Assembly: GCA_973895155.1 (NCBI GenBank)
Contig: OZ316896.1
Span: 14,230,584 to 14,294,583, forward strand
Direction of reading: 5' to 3'
Length of the DNA stretch: 64,000 nucleotides
Origin: Marsupella aquatica
Lineage: Eukaryota > Plantae > Marchantiophyta
This document shows positions 36,749-50,200 of this stretch, one piece after another; position 1 is the first letter of the stretch; each line of letters opens with the position of its first letter. Under the pieces are notes generated by a model. It made no database searches, was not told the origin of the DNA, and was given only the letters and a program-made list of their open reading frames with translations. A program made the translations under genes and the position numbers.

Positions 36749-38136
36749 TCTCTATTAATCTGGATTACCTCTGCCCAAGCTACCCATAACCTACCTCAAC
36801 CCAACCAAGATAAAGAATAAAAAATTGAATATTATTAAAAAATAATTATTCAAATTGAGACTTAAAGAATTGGATAAGAACTTTAAAGTTTGAAAAAACT
36901 TGAGAATTAATAATGTATATATGATATTAATTTCTCTAAAAATTTGAAATTTAAAATAATTTTTTCTATCACTTGGTTGTGCTTGGACTCTATGTTGCGG
37001 TGACTATTATCTCAGCCTCCAATTTCTATGTGCAGTGCACGAGTTGTTGCACACCACCACAACAACTCTACCTTGCCTTGACATATTTTTCTCATCTCGC
37101 CATTTTTTCTGACATTGACATTTTTATCTCATGACAATTTTTTCTCACCCTCAACATCGTTTAGATTCTTGATATATTTTCTCACCTGAATTGACATATT
37201 TTCTCACCTTGACATCATTATCTCACCACAACATCTTTCCCTCACCCTCGACATATTTTCTCTCCTCAACGTCATTTTCTCACCTTGCCATGTTTTTTCT
37301 CTCCTCAACATCACCTTCACTTCTTTGTCTCACCTCAACATCTCTTTTTGTCATTGACATTTGTTGTCACCTCGAAATCTGATCTATTTCTCAACTTCAC
37401 ATTTTTATCTCACCACAACATCTTTCCCTCACCCTCAACATCTTTTCCTCATCTTCACATATTTTTCTCATATCGCCATCTTTTCTCTCCTTGACATAGT
37501 TTTTGCTCTACTTCTTTTTCTTAGCTCAACATCTCTTTTTCTCATCAACATCTTTGTTCACCTCGACATCTTTTTCTCACCTCCACTTCTTTTTCTCACT
37601 TCAACTTCTTTTTCTCATCTTAACATCTATTTTCACCTCAACATATTTCTCTCACCACACCATCTTTTGTGCAACTTTTGTCTTAACAACGTCTTTTTTA
37701 CTTAATGATAACTTTTCTCTTAACTACATCTTGGGCAACGTGGCATTTCTTTTCTTAAGGACATATTGGATGCCACAACATCTTGGGTGACACAATGTCA
37801 TTTTTCTTAAGTACATCTTGGGTGTCACAACATTTTTCTTCTCAACAACATCTTGGGTGACACGATATATTTTTTCTTCATTAATGACACATTGGGTGAC
37901 ACAACATTTTTTTTCTTCATGACATCTTCAGTTGGGCGAGACTATATTTTCTTTCTTAACGACATCTTGGGTGACACCACATCTTTTTTTCTTAACGGCA
38001 TCTTGGGCGACACAACATATTTGTTCTTAACGACATCTTGGGCGACACAACATCTTTTTGTCTTAACGACATCTTAGAGGACACGACATCTTGGGCGACA
38101 CGACATCTTTTGTGCAACGCACGGGTATTGAGCTAG
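36749..38136 (+). mobile_element. Non-autonomous Helitron
   Basis: 3' end GTGCAACGCACGGG hairpin then CTAG|T. Probable 5' end A|TCTCTATTAAT. Interior of degenerate tandem repeats. Confidence 0.7.
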
Positions 38137-41100
38137 TACACAATCATATCAGCATTTTGGGGGACCTAATGTAGTCCATGTACGATTGGGAGAAATCCAG
38201 TACAAGACCTGTCATCTCAACTTCATGTAAGAGGGTCTCAACTCTCGAACCCTACTGGGTACATTAAAAATACCCAGTCTGACAACTTTTTATAATTCAC
38301 TATTTCACTGTAACTAGCTATTATGACCAAGTGAAAAGTAAACCTAACCCTGACTGGTTAATTTCCCTAAACATCAGGTACTAGCCCCGGTACTAGCATC
38401 TGACTACCCTAGATTAAAACCTTGAAGACCCATCAGGCCATCAAGGAACCCAGTAGAAAATCAGGTCATTTCTGAAAAAGCCGTAGTGTTAGTGTTAGTG
38501 GGTTGGACATTTTTTTTTCCATTTTTTTCATTGGGTTTGGGCAACAACCTCTTATGCTAACAAAACCCAGTAGTGTTGGAGATACTCTAACAGAGGCTTT
38601 ACAAGACCTGGCTACTGTTCAGTGTATTTCTTTTCCAAGCAAAGGGGGGGGGGGGGTGCAGTTGCATAGACTAAATCTAATGGGTTGGGAAGAACAAATG
38701 CCAGAATGTGTTAATAAATGGAAGCTTGGTCCAAGTCTTTGACGAACAATGATGTACACATCAGCAAAAACAGGGATCCCACAGGGCCCACTAGCAGGTG
38801 ACTAGGGTCTGCAATGGTTTAGCCTGAAACTGCCGCCCGGTAAGTGTGAGCTGGTTCCCACACTTGAATGGCTAAGATTGCATCTTACACATAGAAGAAC
38901 AGAAAAAAGATATCTTCCCCAACCTCTTGTAAAGCCACCCTGAAACTAAATTGGATTAGTCACTTGATATGAACAGTTGTGATGATATCTGAAAGCAAAA
39001 TTTTGGAAGTATCCCCTCAATTGTTGTACACTTGTTCATGTAATGTCCCCCTATATATATATCCATTGACCTGGAAGAATGAAAAACAGTCAACAAGGAT
39101 GGGTCATAGGATGTGAGTCAAAGAATTCTATAGCACATCCCAAGAGAACACAATGCAAAGTTAAATGAACAAAGTTCAGTTGAAGTAATGGGGGCTCTAA
39201 TGGCCCAGAACTTATACCGGCAACTCTGTTGTATAGACTTATTTGAGAGTGTATTGTACAGCCTGTTTTGACCATGTAGGATTGGTCACCGGCCTGGTAT
39301 AACACACTCCCAGAGGAAAAAACAAGTCAATAAGATTTCCCCACACAAGCACCTGGGGCGGGCTTGCCCTTGGGAGTTATCCTGGACAATGCCCTTGTGA
39401 GAGGGCTATACTACACACTTGAAGCCATCCCAAGATTTTTTGTTTGTACTGGGAAGTGCAGTTATCTAGGGTAATGTTTCTGGCAGGTGTGTGAACTCCG
39501 CGCCCCAATTTCTGGCAATCAAACATTTGATCCAAAACAAGAAAACATTGAGTTGGGATCCAAGCATTCTCGAGCTCTTCACAAGTTACGGCTATGGCTC
39601 CCGAAAAGCAATCAGAAGTGTTGACAAACAGAAATGTTGTCATTGCCCACAGTTTTTCTAGTTTGCACCACCACACTTTGCTTGTCATTACTTCCCCTCC
39701 TCCCCCACAGGGCGCTGGGTTTACAACTCTCAGGTGATAGGAAATGGCCTGCTTTTTTACCTGTCTACTTGATAGTTTTACATCCACTCATCTGTTTGTA
39801 ATTAAGCAGTCTCTCAGATGATTCCAGACTCTCCTGACGGCCTCCTTTGAAGCTGTCTAAGATCTTGGTTACATTTGGGCCATGGCCTGAGTGTGTAAAC
39901 TTAGTAACACTTGATTTTCTCTGTGTTGTCCTATTACGCAAGAGTCCACATTGAAAAATAGGGAGCTTGTTCCCATCATCTCGGGGCATGTTTGTCTGCA
40001 CATCCTCGCAAGCTTTAGCATAATCTTACTAATTTTCAACAAGCTATTTTGATCAAAGCAAGTTTTTTTCTCCATATCAATGAACCATAAACCCAGGACG
40101 CTTCAAGAAGAAGCTTAGGGCGATATTAGATGTTTTTGCACTTTCTGATTGGTTTACAAATGCCATGGTTTAAAACGTGTGTAATTCAGACAGAACATAA
40201 GATGACAGGTAAAACTTGTCATGAAATGTGACCATATGTGATCCTGACCTAATGAACTCAAAGTGGAAAATCCTTACAAATAAAAGATGCTATCTAAGTA
40301 AAAAATTATGTTCAAGAGAGTTCTCAAGAGTTTTGGTGGTCCATCCATGTAGCTTGCCAAACCTTGTGCTCTATTGCAGCTTCAACTTGCAGAGTAATAC
40401 AAGAAGAATTTTTTCAAATTATGAATTAAAACTGATCAGAACTTGCTTGCAAAGATTTTGCATGATGTGCATCTTCCTATGTCACAAATACAATACAGCA
40501 AAATCTCCGCAATAAGCAATTTAAGGTTAGTTGAGGTCAGGGTTAAGGTATCCCAAATAGTGGGACATCATTCACTAGTGATCCCCAATAAGGTTTTGTG
40601 TCAGTCATTAGAAACTAATTTTCCCACTTTTTATTATTTATTATTTATTATTTTTATTTTCCCACTAAGTTTACTATGTCTTCAAATTAGCTCTTCCCAA
40701 ATTTGCCACCAATCTTTACTTACGAAAGGAATCTAAAAACCAGGTGGATTTACTCCAAATATGTACTAGCTTTCTGATAATCCCTTCAGGAAATCAACAG
40801 AAAGAGTATTGTTTTGTGGGGCGTATGGCAAGACAATTGCCAGAGAATCCAATTGGATTGCATGTACCTATGAGACTTGGGACATCAAATTGGGTTGATA
40901 CAGCTCAAAGAATAGATCTCAACAAGAGAAAATTATGGCGCTTTCCAGGAAACATTGAAAAAATCCATACAAGTCTATTTGGACGTCTTTACTTACTATA
41001 GGATGTTTGCATGCGGCATGAAAACATGAGTGCACCTTGAGATGAGTTCTTCTATTCCTTTTGATTAGGGAGATATTCTCAACAGTGGGAAACAAAATCC

Positions 41101-41288
41101 CCAAATGAATCTAGATTTTCTATGAGCAAAAATAGAGAAACACTTACCTGTCAGACCATCTCATCCCACTAGAGTACAAACTGGAATGGATGATAGATGA
41201 GCTAACCTGAAGTTTCTATAGTTTCAGAAAGAAGCAAGGATGAGGAGAAGGAAAAGGTGGAGACTAGCGTAATCAAAAGTGTGAAATA

Positions 41289-44200
41289 ATGGGAGAATCT
41301 AGTGATGGAGAAGATGGCGTGTTCCAGAGGCTGCCAACAATACTTGAAAACCTTAGTGCTCTGGAGTTGCATTCTGTGGGAAATTTTGCTCCTTTGTTGG
41401 TGCTACTAGTATTGGTAATGCTCGTAGGAGGGGGTCAAAGTGATTCAGGATTGCTCTTGAGTAAAGTTGAGCAATGCCCACAAAATGCGGGAAGTGGCCT
41501 AGAGCTTGAGTGTCTGAAGAAAGTTTTGCTGCAATTATCCATTGTCCATGGCAAGGTGATTCTTATTTGATAACACCAACCTAACATTGCATTGATGTGC
41601 ACAAGAAAGTCTTAGAGTTCTGTCAAAATAGATTTTCCTGAATCAATTAACATAGTGTTGGGTGACACTGGATCATGAACCACAGTATCTAAATGTTACA
41701 CCTGATTTCATAGAAGCCTTAGGCTGAGATGCGCATGTTATAGTGATCAGGAAACCTAATATTCTATCTTTGTAACTCAAGGGTGCTAGTATGGTTTTCT
41801 TGGTACTCTTGTTTTTCAATCCATCAGAGCAGACCATATACAGATTCTAAGACTCACCTGAAATGATCGCATGGGTTGTTTAAAACTAAACACTTGAGAG
41901 ACTGGCTTGGTTTTTTCCATGGGCTGGCCGGCAAAGAATAATTCTCATAGTTATCTATCAATCTTCTCAATGAATAAGATAATCAGCAAGGCCATTGTTC
42001 AGTCAATGAGTTTGGTAACAAATATTTCTTCCACTAGTAAAGTTAGGTCCCTGCACGACATTTGTGCATGGTCATTTCAAAACTTACAAGTCTAGAAAGA
42101 TTTATAAAAGGATGTTATGGCCACTGCAAACAAGCTGAAAGAGAAGGTTCCATGATTGTTTCAATGAATGTATTTCAAGTGCAAACTATAAGGATGGGGT
42201 TGTTGTTTTTGTTCATGTGCCTTTGTAGAGCACACAAAGTGACACCATGGAGACATTTGTTACACATGTGCAAGAGGCTGGAGGTGCACGTAAAGCTCTT
42301 CATATGCCGTATAGAATTACCATATACACAAGTGATGTCTATGCTCAATACCCTATAACCTATGTACAGGTTAGTTAAAAGCCCTAAACCGTCCTTACTC
42401 AGACGTGATTAAGAACTTGACTTGAACATTAATAGCTGTTCAAATTTTCTTTTTGTACTCCAACTCATGATCAGATATATTCTATGTCAAGCTATGAGCA
42501 TCTTGCACATGATATCATCCTATCCAACCTCGAGTTAAATAATCCAAAAAATGTTGCTTTTCTAAAATTCATGGTGAAATGTGAGAATCTAACTACTTGT
42601 ACAGAGAAATGACACCTTATTTGCAGTCATTCAATGAAAATCCATATGAAGTGGTTATACCTTCTCTTGATTGTCGAGATGGCCCCAACTATCCTAGTCC
42701 TGACTGTGGCTGGTAAATCTCTTCTCAACAATGCTTTGCATGTAGATGTCCATCCAAATTAACAACCTAATCTGCAGGTCTACCTTTTCACTCACTTTTC
42801 ATTTCAGACAATTAAACTGAAAGCAGCATTAGATCAACATTCATTCTACATTTCAACATGAGTATTCATTTTAAATTACAGACAGTTGATTTCATATTTG
42901 CAATATAATGATAAAGCATGAAGGCATCAAAGTGAGAGTCTGCTGTGATCCATTGCAAATCACTTGTGCACTCTCTTTGGGTGATTCTTGTCATAAGGGC
43001 AACCCAACATGTATGACAGGTTTATGAAACCAACATTTTGAGGACTGGAACTGCAGGCCTTACGACAACCATGGAGATAAAGTGAAGGATAGTCAGGTAA
43101 GGTTAATCATAATAAGCTAGTGGTATGTGCAAAGCTTCTTCTAACTAGAGAGAGGTTCAATACATATAAAATAATGGGCACCAGTGCTGGATTACGCATG
43201 TAAAGTCACTGTATATGTTATTGTAGTTAATTTGATGGTATTATCCTCTTCATCTTGTGTTAAGTAAAATTAGCCCTAAACCCTAAACCTTCAAACTACA
43301 TGCCACCAAAGTTGTCAGCTAGCTATCTCTTTTGACTGATTTAATATGATTTGTCTTTTTTAACAGGGATTTTGTTGCTTGTGCGACATAAGAGTGAGCT
43401 TGCCACATGGGTTAGGGAAAAAGCTATCTCTTAGAATGGTTGAAGAATATTGCAACATTACTTTGTCAAGACGTAAGATAGAAAACCGCACCACTGCAAA
43501 CCAAATCTTGTTATTAGTTTGATCTGTCTTGCCGTGTCAGCCTTTGGCCACTTCTTTTTCCTCTACCGTTCAACTAAAAACAAAGGCTTTCCTGCTCAAG
43601 AGCTCTGGCCCATTGCATGCCTTTTTGCCTTAAGCAGGTTTCCCTTCGCCTTTGGCCTCAAAAGAAAGAAATGTCCAAACTCATCAAACTAAAGTTATCT
43701 AAAGAGAAATTGGAGTTAATAAGAAGTACCTCAACACGTGATATTTACAAGATTGGTTGGATTATCTTGTGGCAATCTATTAAAATCGATGAGAATGTTA
43801 GTTTATCTTGTGCTACACATAGAGAATAAGAACTTATTTCAACTTGTCATTTGATCTATATCTTACATGATACATTTCTTCTTCTTTTTCATTTCATCCT
43901 CAGTCTAGCTTAAACAGATTTCCCATGTTTTAGAGATGTATACATGAAAAAAACAATATTGATAGGCCACTTGGCCTACATCTTATATAAAATAAATATC
44001 TGTTTGCAATTGTGCTTTCATCTATATTATCATAAACACACCTACTATTTTGCTAAGACACTTAATTACAAGTTCATCACTGGAAGGATTTAATTGATTG
44101 AATCTTCTTTGAATTAAACAGGGTGGTCATTTCCAAGGAGAAGACCTGGAAGTGCTCATTGTCTACGCTTTTCTAAAAGATGGTCTCCTCTCATCCTTAT

Positions 44201-47200
44201 TGGATAGACAAAATGGTCATTGTAATACATGCTAGTCCGGATCTTCTCAATGTTTTATAGTCAAATGAGAGTATTTTTGGTAGCCATAATTAGAGTTCTG
44301 AAATATTTAATGTTACTACAAAAGTGTTAGTAACACTAATTTTGGTCTAAAGTGACACTAATTCTTGCTGGTTCTCAAAACAATATTTTTCACTTTCGTT
44401 TAGATTGTTAGTAAGAAATGGGTGATAGTTCTTGTCAATTTCTCAGAACAGTTTTTTCTCTCATTGTCTTTTTACTTTTGATTCCATCAATTGTGCATGC
44501 TAACACAGCTAGTGTTATAATGGAATTAGTATGAGTAACACTAGTTCATGAGTAGAGCCCAAATTGTACGCTCTCCAATTAGTGATAACACTAATTATGA
44601 TGCACAGTGTAGCATATGTCACAATTTTTAGATTTGCACCCACAACTTCCAAAGACATTCCTTGTGTGTGAGCTAGTTTAAGCTAAAATTTGATGACCAA
44701 TTCATAGTATAAGGCATTTTGCACTGTCTGAGAAGCATAAGTGTAATGACTTATATTAAGTTTAACATGACTTAGTTTACATATTTCAGGTATCCTACAT
44801 ATCAGCTTGGGAAACCTAGTCTGTCAATCTCTGTCAAAATGGTTGTCGAAATGATGCACTCGAGGCCAGAACAACACTATAGCCCAACCAATACATACTC
44901 TGTAAGTTTCTCTTAAGAACTGTACAAATATACTGGGAAACAATTGGAAGATAATTATCTCAACAAATGGTAAGATAGTACAAAACAAAAACCATAGCAA
45001 GCACTCAACATATAGTTCGCACCAGAAATTGGCATTTGTAAAACTAGCATTAAAGCACTCTGGACCAAGAAACACACTAATACTTCTTGTTTGAGTAAAA
45101 ATGGTGTTGTCCAATTCCAAAAAACACTGGGTTGTTTATTTGAGTCCAAGATTGAAACCTGTGCAACACAAGCCACTAGTTTTGTGAAAATATGGATGTT
45201 ACAATTTAAATTATTTTTCCTCAAACTTTAAGACTTGAATAGAAAATATACATATGATCCTATCATACAATAAAATCAAATGTAGGACTAGTGCTACAAT
45301 ACCATGCTGCCCATCTCACCCCACAGGGAATTTTGATTTGTATTCTGGTACAAAATGAATCTCCATGCAATACGTGAAGTATGTTTACCTACATAATAAT
45401 GTGAGTTTAGATTGATTAGCTTTGTAATCTTGAAAACTAGAGAACTCCATGGTTTCAAATGCTGAACTTGATGTCATCTTGTCTCCCATTGCAGAAAATA
45501 ATTTCTTTCAACACCCAACAAAGCACACAAGTTTATTTCAATGAGGCAGTGAAAGCTATCTTGCAAGGAAACTTTGACTTTAATATGCAAGTGCCTCTTT
45601 TGCAAGACCACTATTTGTCCATTCCAATGAATGAGGTTTAAAACATTCCCCTTTGTGGAATACCATTCCTTAATCAAAACTATTTATGTTTAAGCATCTT
45701 AGGGAGTAAACTTACTGTATTTTAAGAATATAATATATGCTGGAGATCAACTAAATAAAATAGTAAAAACCATGTGCAATGCAAAATGGGTTCTTCCATA
45801 GGAATTTCCTAGTTCCAATATTTTATAAAAATATATATAGTAAAATAAGATGTTTTATACACAAAAACAGAGAATATTTGTATATTGTTATGAAGTAAAA
45901 CAGGTAATTCCCATCTTAAATATTTGTGGAATATCCACTTTGTAACATAGAGAACTTTGATTAGTTCAGTAGTACACACTATATTCTTAGAAATATACTT
46001 TTTAATTAAATATTTGATCCTGACTTATTAAATAAAATAACCCTATTTTACAAGACAATTTAAACAAATGTTCACATTGAAAACTAGTAAAGACCAATTT
46101 ACTTTATACAAACTATACAATACAAATTATATACTACTTTTCAGTATTTTCTCTAATTCTGGAAACTGAAGCCCAAATGGAATTCCACATTTTCTATCAA
46201 ACCCAGATGGACTGGCAAAGCTTTATGGACTGTCTTGCTGAGAACATTTGAATCGACTCAGATAACATTCTTTACATTTTTTATTGTAATGTGACCTATA
46301 AATGGTCTTCTTACCGTTTGCAGTGGTCTCAAATGCAACTTGAAAACCTTAAACATGAAAGACGTCAAGACGTCATGCCATTATTGAGAAACCCAATTTT
46401 CAGTGAACCCACAATAAAATTTCTAAGTGTAAAGTGAAATCATGATTTAGCCTATATTTGACCATCTTTGTGTTCATTGGAAACATAACAAATGATCTCA
46501 AAAAAGTCTCAAATTTTGTTAGGCAATAGATTGGATAGAGAGGCCACCCTGGGAAAATTTCAGCTTAAACTGAGATCCATAAGTCCTTCAAATAAAGTGA
46601 ACCATCTACCAAATTCAAAGGTAAGGTTTATGTCACGAACAATATATTGACAACTTTGACTGTCTAGTACCCTGTCAATTAAGTTGCCAAGACATCACAC
46701 ACATTTTGAAATGTGCTATGTACCCAAGATGTTTATAACGACTTAACAATTTTCTTAAGTGACGGGCTTGAATCCGTGAATTGGGAGCGATGGAGTGGTG
46801 CAAATGTTTTCAATCACACCTTCCATTTCATCGATCCATTTTGTTTGCTTTCAATTGGGCTGAGATTGGAGCTTCAAGACAAAGAAGCTGCACTCTTCTT
46901 GAGGCAATATTGCTGAGCCATTCAAACAACATTGAACTGAACATAGACCATTTTCAAAAAACATGGCTTGACATCTTGACTACTTTCTCCATGGGTAGTC
47001 AAAGTTGTCAACTACAATCCATGGCGGGTTCCTTTTTTTGGGTGTAAAATTAATGATGGCTTTATGCAGTCCATTGGGATGGGCCCAAGGTCTTGGTCCA
47101 TCCGGGCTTCAGATTCCTAATTCTGTGTCATAAACACCTTATCTTATTTACTATATAAAACCTTGGTATAAATAGGTTTACTATTCTTCTTTAGGATTGC

Positions 47201-50200
47201 ACGTGGTTTCTATTGTTTTGGACGTAACCCACTGCTGTCATTGCACATGGAGAGACTATGATTGCACTCCAACAATCTCACAATGCATTCTGAAATGCGG
47301 TGACCACTTGGATTTGGCTTTCTCCAATGCCTTTGCAAAAAACTTTTCAAGAAGCTCACTAATGGACAACATTTTAAAGTTTTGGGTTAAAAATTTTCCA
47401 GTTAAATCATATCATACAGATTCCTCTTGGACAACTCTATCATAGACTAGAAAATCGTGTAGGATCTCTCAAGTTTGCAAGGGTCTCCATTGTCTTGCTA
47501 GGTGGACATTTTCTGCAATCCATGTGGAAAGATGTTCATTCTATAATCTCATCTGGAGCTTTGAAAACATAGTAATTGTAATCTAAATTTGACTATATGT
47601 CAAAGTCTAGATGACATTTTATTTTTTGGATATTCATAGAAATGGTTGTTGTATAAGTAATGTTACCAACACTATGCAAATAGAAAGCGTCCTCACAAAT
47701 TTTCCCTGAAAATTTGTTTCAACTGAGATTTTTATTAATATTTAAAAGTCCAGAAAATTTGTATGATATATATAGCAATTTAACTTGAGTATAGTCTGCT
47801 GAACCTAATTTGCTTGACCGTAGTACATTCAACATGCAATTAATTATTGGACTTCATGGTCCTCCTTGGCGTGTGTATGTACATCCTGATCTGTAATAGG
47901 GAAGAAGTGAGAAAGTTCCTCATGCGGATCAATGGTTGATATTGCCCAAAGATTTGTTTACTCTTGATGGTCAAGAGTGTGATAAAATTGGTGTATCATA
48001 CAAAGCATTCAGGTTTCAAGCTAAAGCCTGTAATCAACCAGTTCAATCTTGTTGTGGCAACCAAATCAATGATTTTGCTCAGGTAGGGCACAAAGCATTT
48101 TGTTGGCTACTTACTGTTTCCCCTTGCAGTATAAACTACTCTAGATTCACTGCTTAATTGGACCTGAAATAATTAGCTATATTTGAGGCCTTCTTTAATT
48201 TTGAAGAACAGTACAAAACTATGAGTGAATATAGTGCTAGCTTTGTGCATACAGGAGGACTTTCGAAGGCGGCTAGCAGGAGAGGTACCCAAATATGCTT
48301 TCTCACAATATGGAAAAGCGGTTGTGCAGGATGGGGTAAACTCACTGTAAACCTTTTGTCATTGTGTTCTTAATTCCCAAGTGGATCTATGATTGCAAGT
48401 CTCGTGCCCTTGGGCCAACTCTTGCGGTAGTCTGTAGGGCTCCCCCCATTATCACGAGTCTCTCAGTGTTTCTAGTGCTTTATTAGTGTGTTCTGGGAGT
48501 TGTTTTCTTCTTGTTTAATTCAAAACAATAGGACAAGACACTTGAGCTTCAATACAAGTTGAGCTCCTAACATTCTTGGCAACAGCTTTTTACTAACCTG
48601 TCCCCCAAACTACCCAAAATTATTAACATGTCCCTCAAACAAAATTAATTATCAACCTGTCCCCCATTTTGTACTTGGGTCAGTATTAACTTGTATACTC
48701 ATTCCTGTTGCCATGTGGCAACTCACAATTGGCTAGACTTAACCCTCCACCACCCCCTTCCCCTTCCCTGCTGCATTTTCCTGAGTAAAAATGAGAGCCA
48801 AAGGTGTCAAGTTTTGTGAAAGGAGTGTGGAGCAAAACATGATGTTTTTTTGCCCCTCCAGACCTGCAACTGTGCCCTGCAATGGGAAGAGAGTGGGCTG
48901 GCAGGTTCAGGCTAGCCATGTGACAAAGGGAACCAGTATACGAGTTAATACTGAACCCAATACAAAATGGGGACGGGTTGATAATAATTTTTTGGGGAAG
49001 CATGCTAGTAATGTGGGGTACTTTGGGGACAGGTTAGTAAAATGCTGCTATTGGCAATCACCAAAACACTACTAAGTATCAAAGAATGAAGGAGAAGGAA
49101 CAAGTTTTAAATAGCAAGCCAATATAGATTGTTTTGACTAATCCCAATTCAACTTTAGTTTGTCCATTTTTTGTTATCCATGTAGAATGCCAAAGGTACA
49201 AGTTAACCTGATGACAAAATAACCATTCAATCTGGTGCTTGATCTTGAAACTATTGATTTTTCTTATATTAATTTGGTTACCAACAAACATTTCGTGCAA
49301 ATATTTTGTTTGGTCTCTCATTTGGTCTTCCTTTTTTAATTCGATGCCCCTTCTTGTATGGATTTTTTTTTCAATATCACTTTCTATTTCAGACACTTTT
49401 GGAGCCAGCAACTCTCAACCTCCATATTGACAAAGAAAAGGTGTCACTTTTAACTCTTGAGCTACAAGCTGATGATCTCCAGTATTACAGATATAGGTGG
49501 GCCATTTATTCTCCTACTACACAGTAGTTTATTCATTGTCCAATCGTTTCTATTTGATATCACGTTTGATCTATCAACATATTATCACATTGTGAAGGCT
49601 TTTCTTGTACCTGGGACTTCCCTGATAAATTTTGGGCTGCTGTTCTTTGAATTGCTAAAACCAAAGATAGAACTTGTAAGATATGGTAATCTAATTTTGG
49701 CTCAACACCTGTCTTGTGATGGATTAGTCTTTTCAAAATTAAATTGTACCAGACCAAATAAACTCAGAACTTTCCACTCCTACTGTACTATTTAAGCCCC
49801 ATTTCAATTGTCTGCCATATTTATGGCTACCTACAATTGATGTCTTGTGTACCCATTAAACAATAACCAAGAAACCAAAATAATTGTACATGTTATTGTT
49901 TAGCAAACCCAAAGTAGATAAATGAGTTGGTCATGGTCGGTGACAATGGCTGTATGGGAATAGGAGCACAGGGAAAATTTTGAAGGCAGATGTTGAACAA
50001 TTTGAAACAGGGACAAGGAGAGTACTCTTCTTGGTGGAGGTTATGAATATGGGCATAATAAGATCATATTTTAAAATAAAGGTGAGACATGTTTCTTAAC
50101 TTGAGATTGGAATTGGTGACCAAATTCACATAAGGTTGCATTCTTTTACAGAGCTAGTGTCCCATAATGATACCAAACAAAAATGATTCAGGTAAAGAGA

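Noticed and set aside
37191-38077. Several Phe/Ser/Thr-rich ORFs
   Set aside because: Low-complexity Helitron-internal repeats
41907-42095. ORF as HAP2 exon 2
   Set aside because: Exon 42229-42369 has better splice sites, correct phase and a better motif match
46380-47620. Coding-like stretch in HAP2 intron 8
   Set aside because: No continuous frame or assignable motif; probably an old TE fragment
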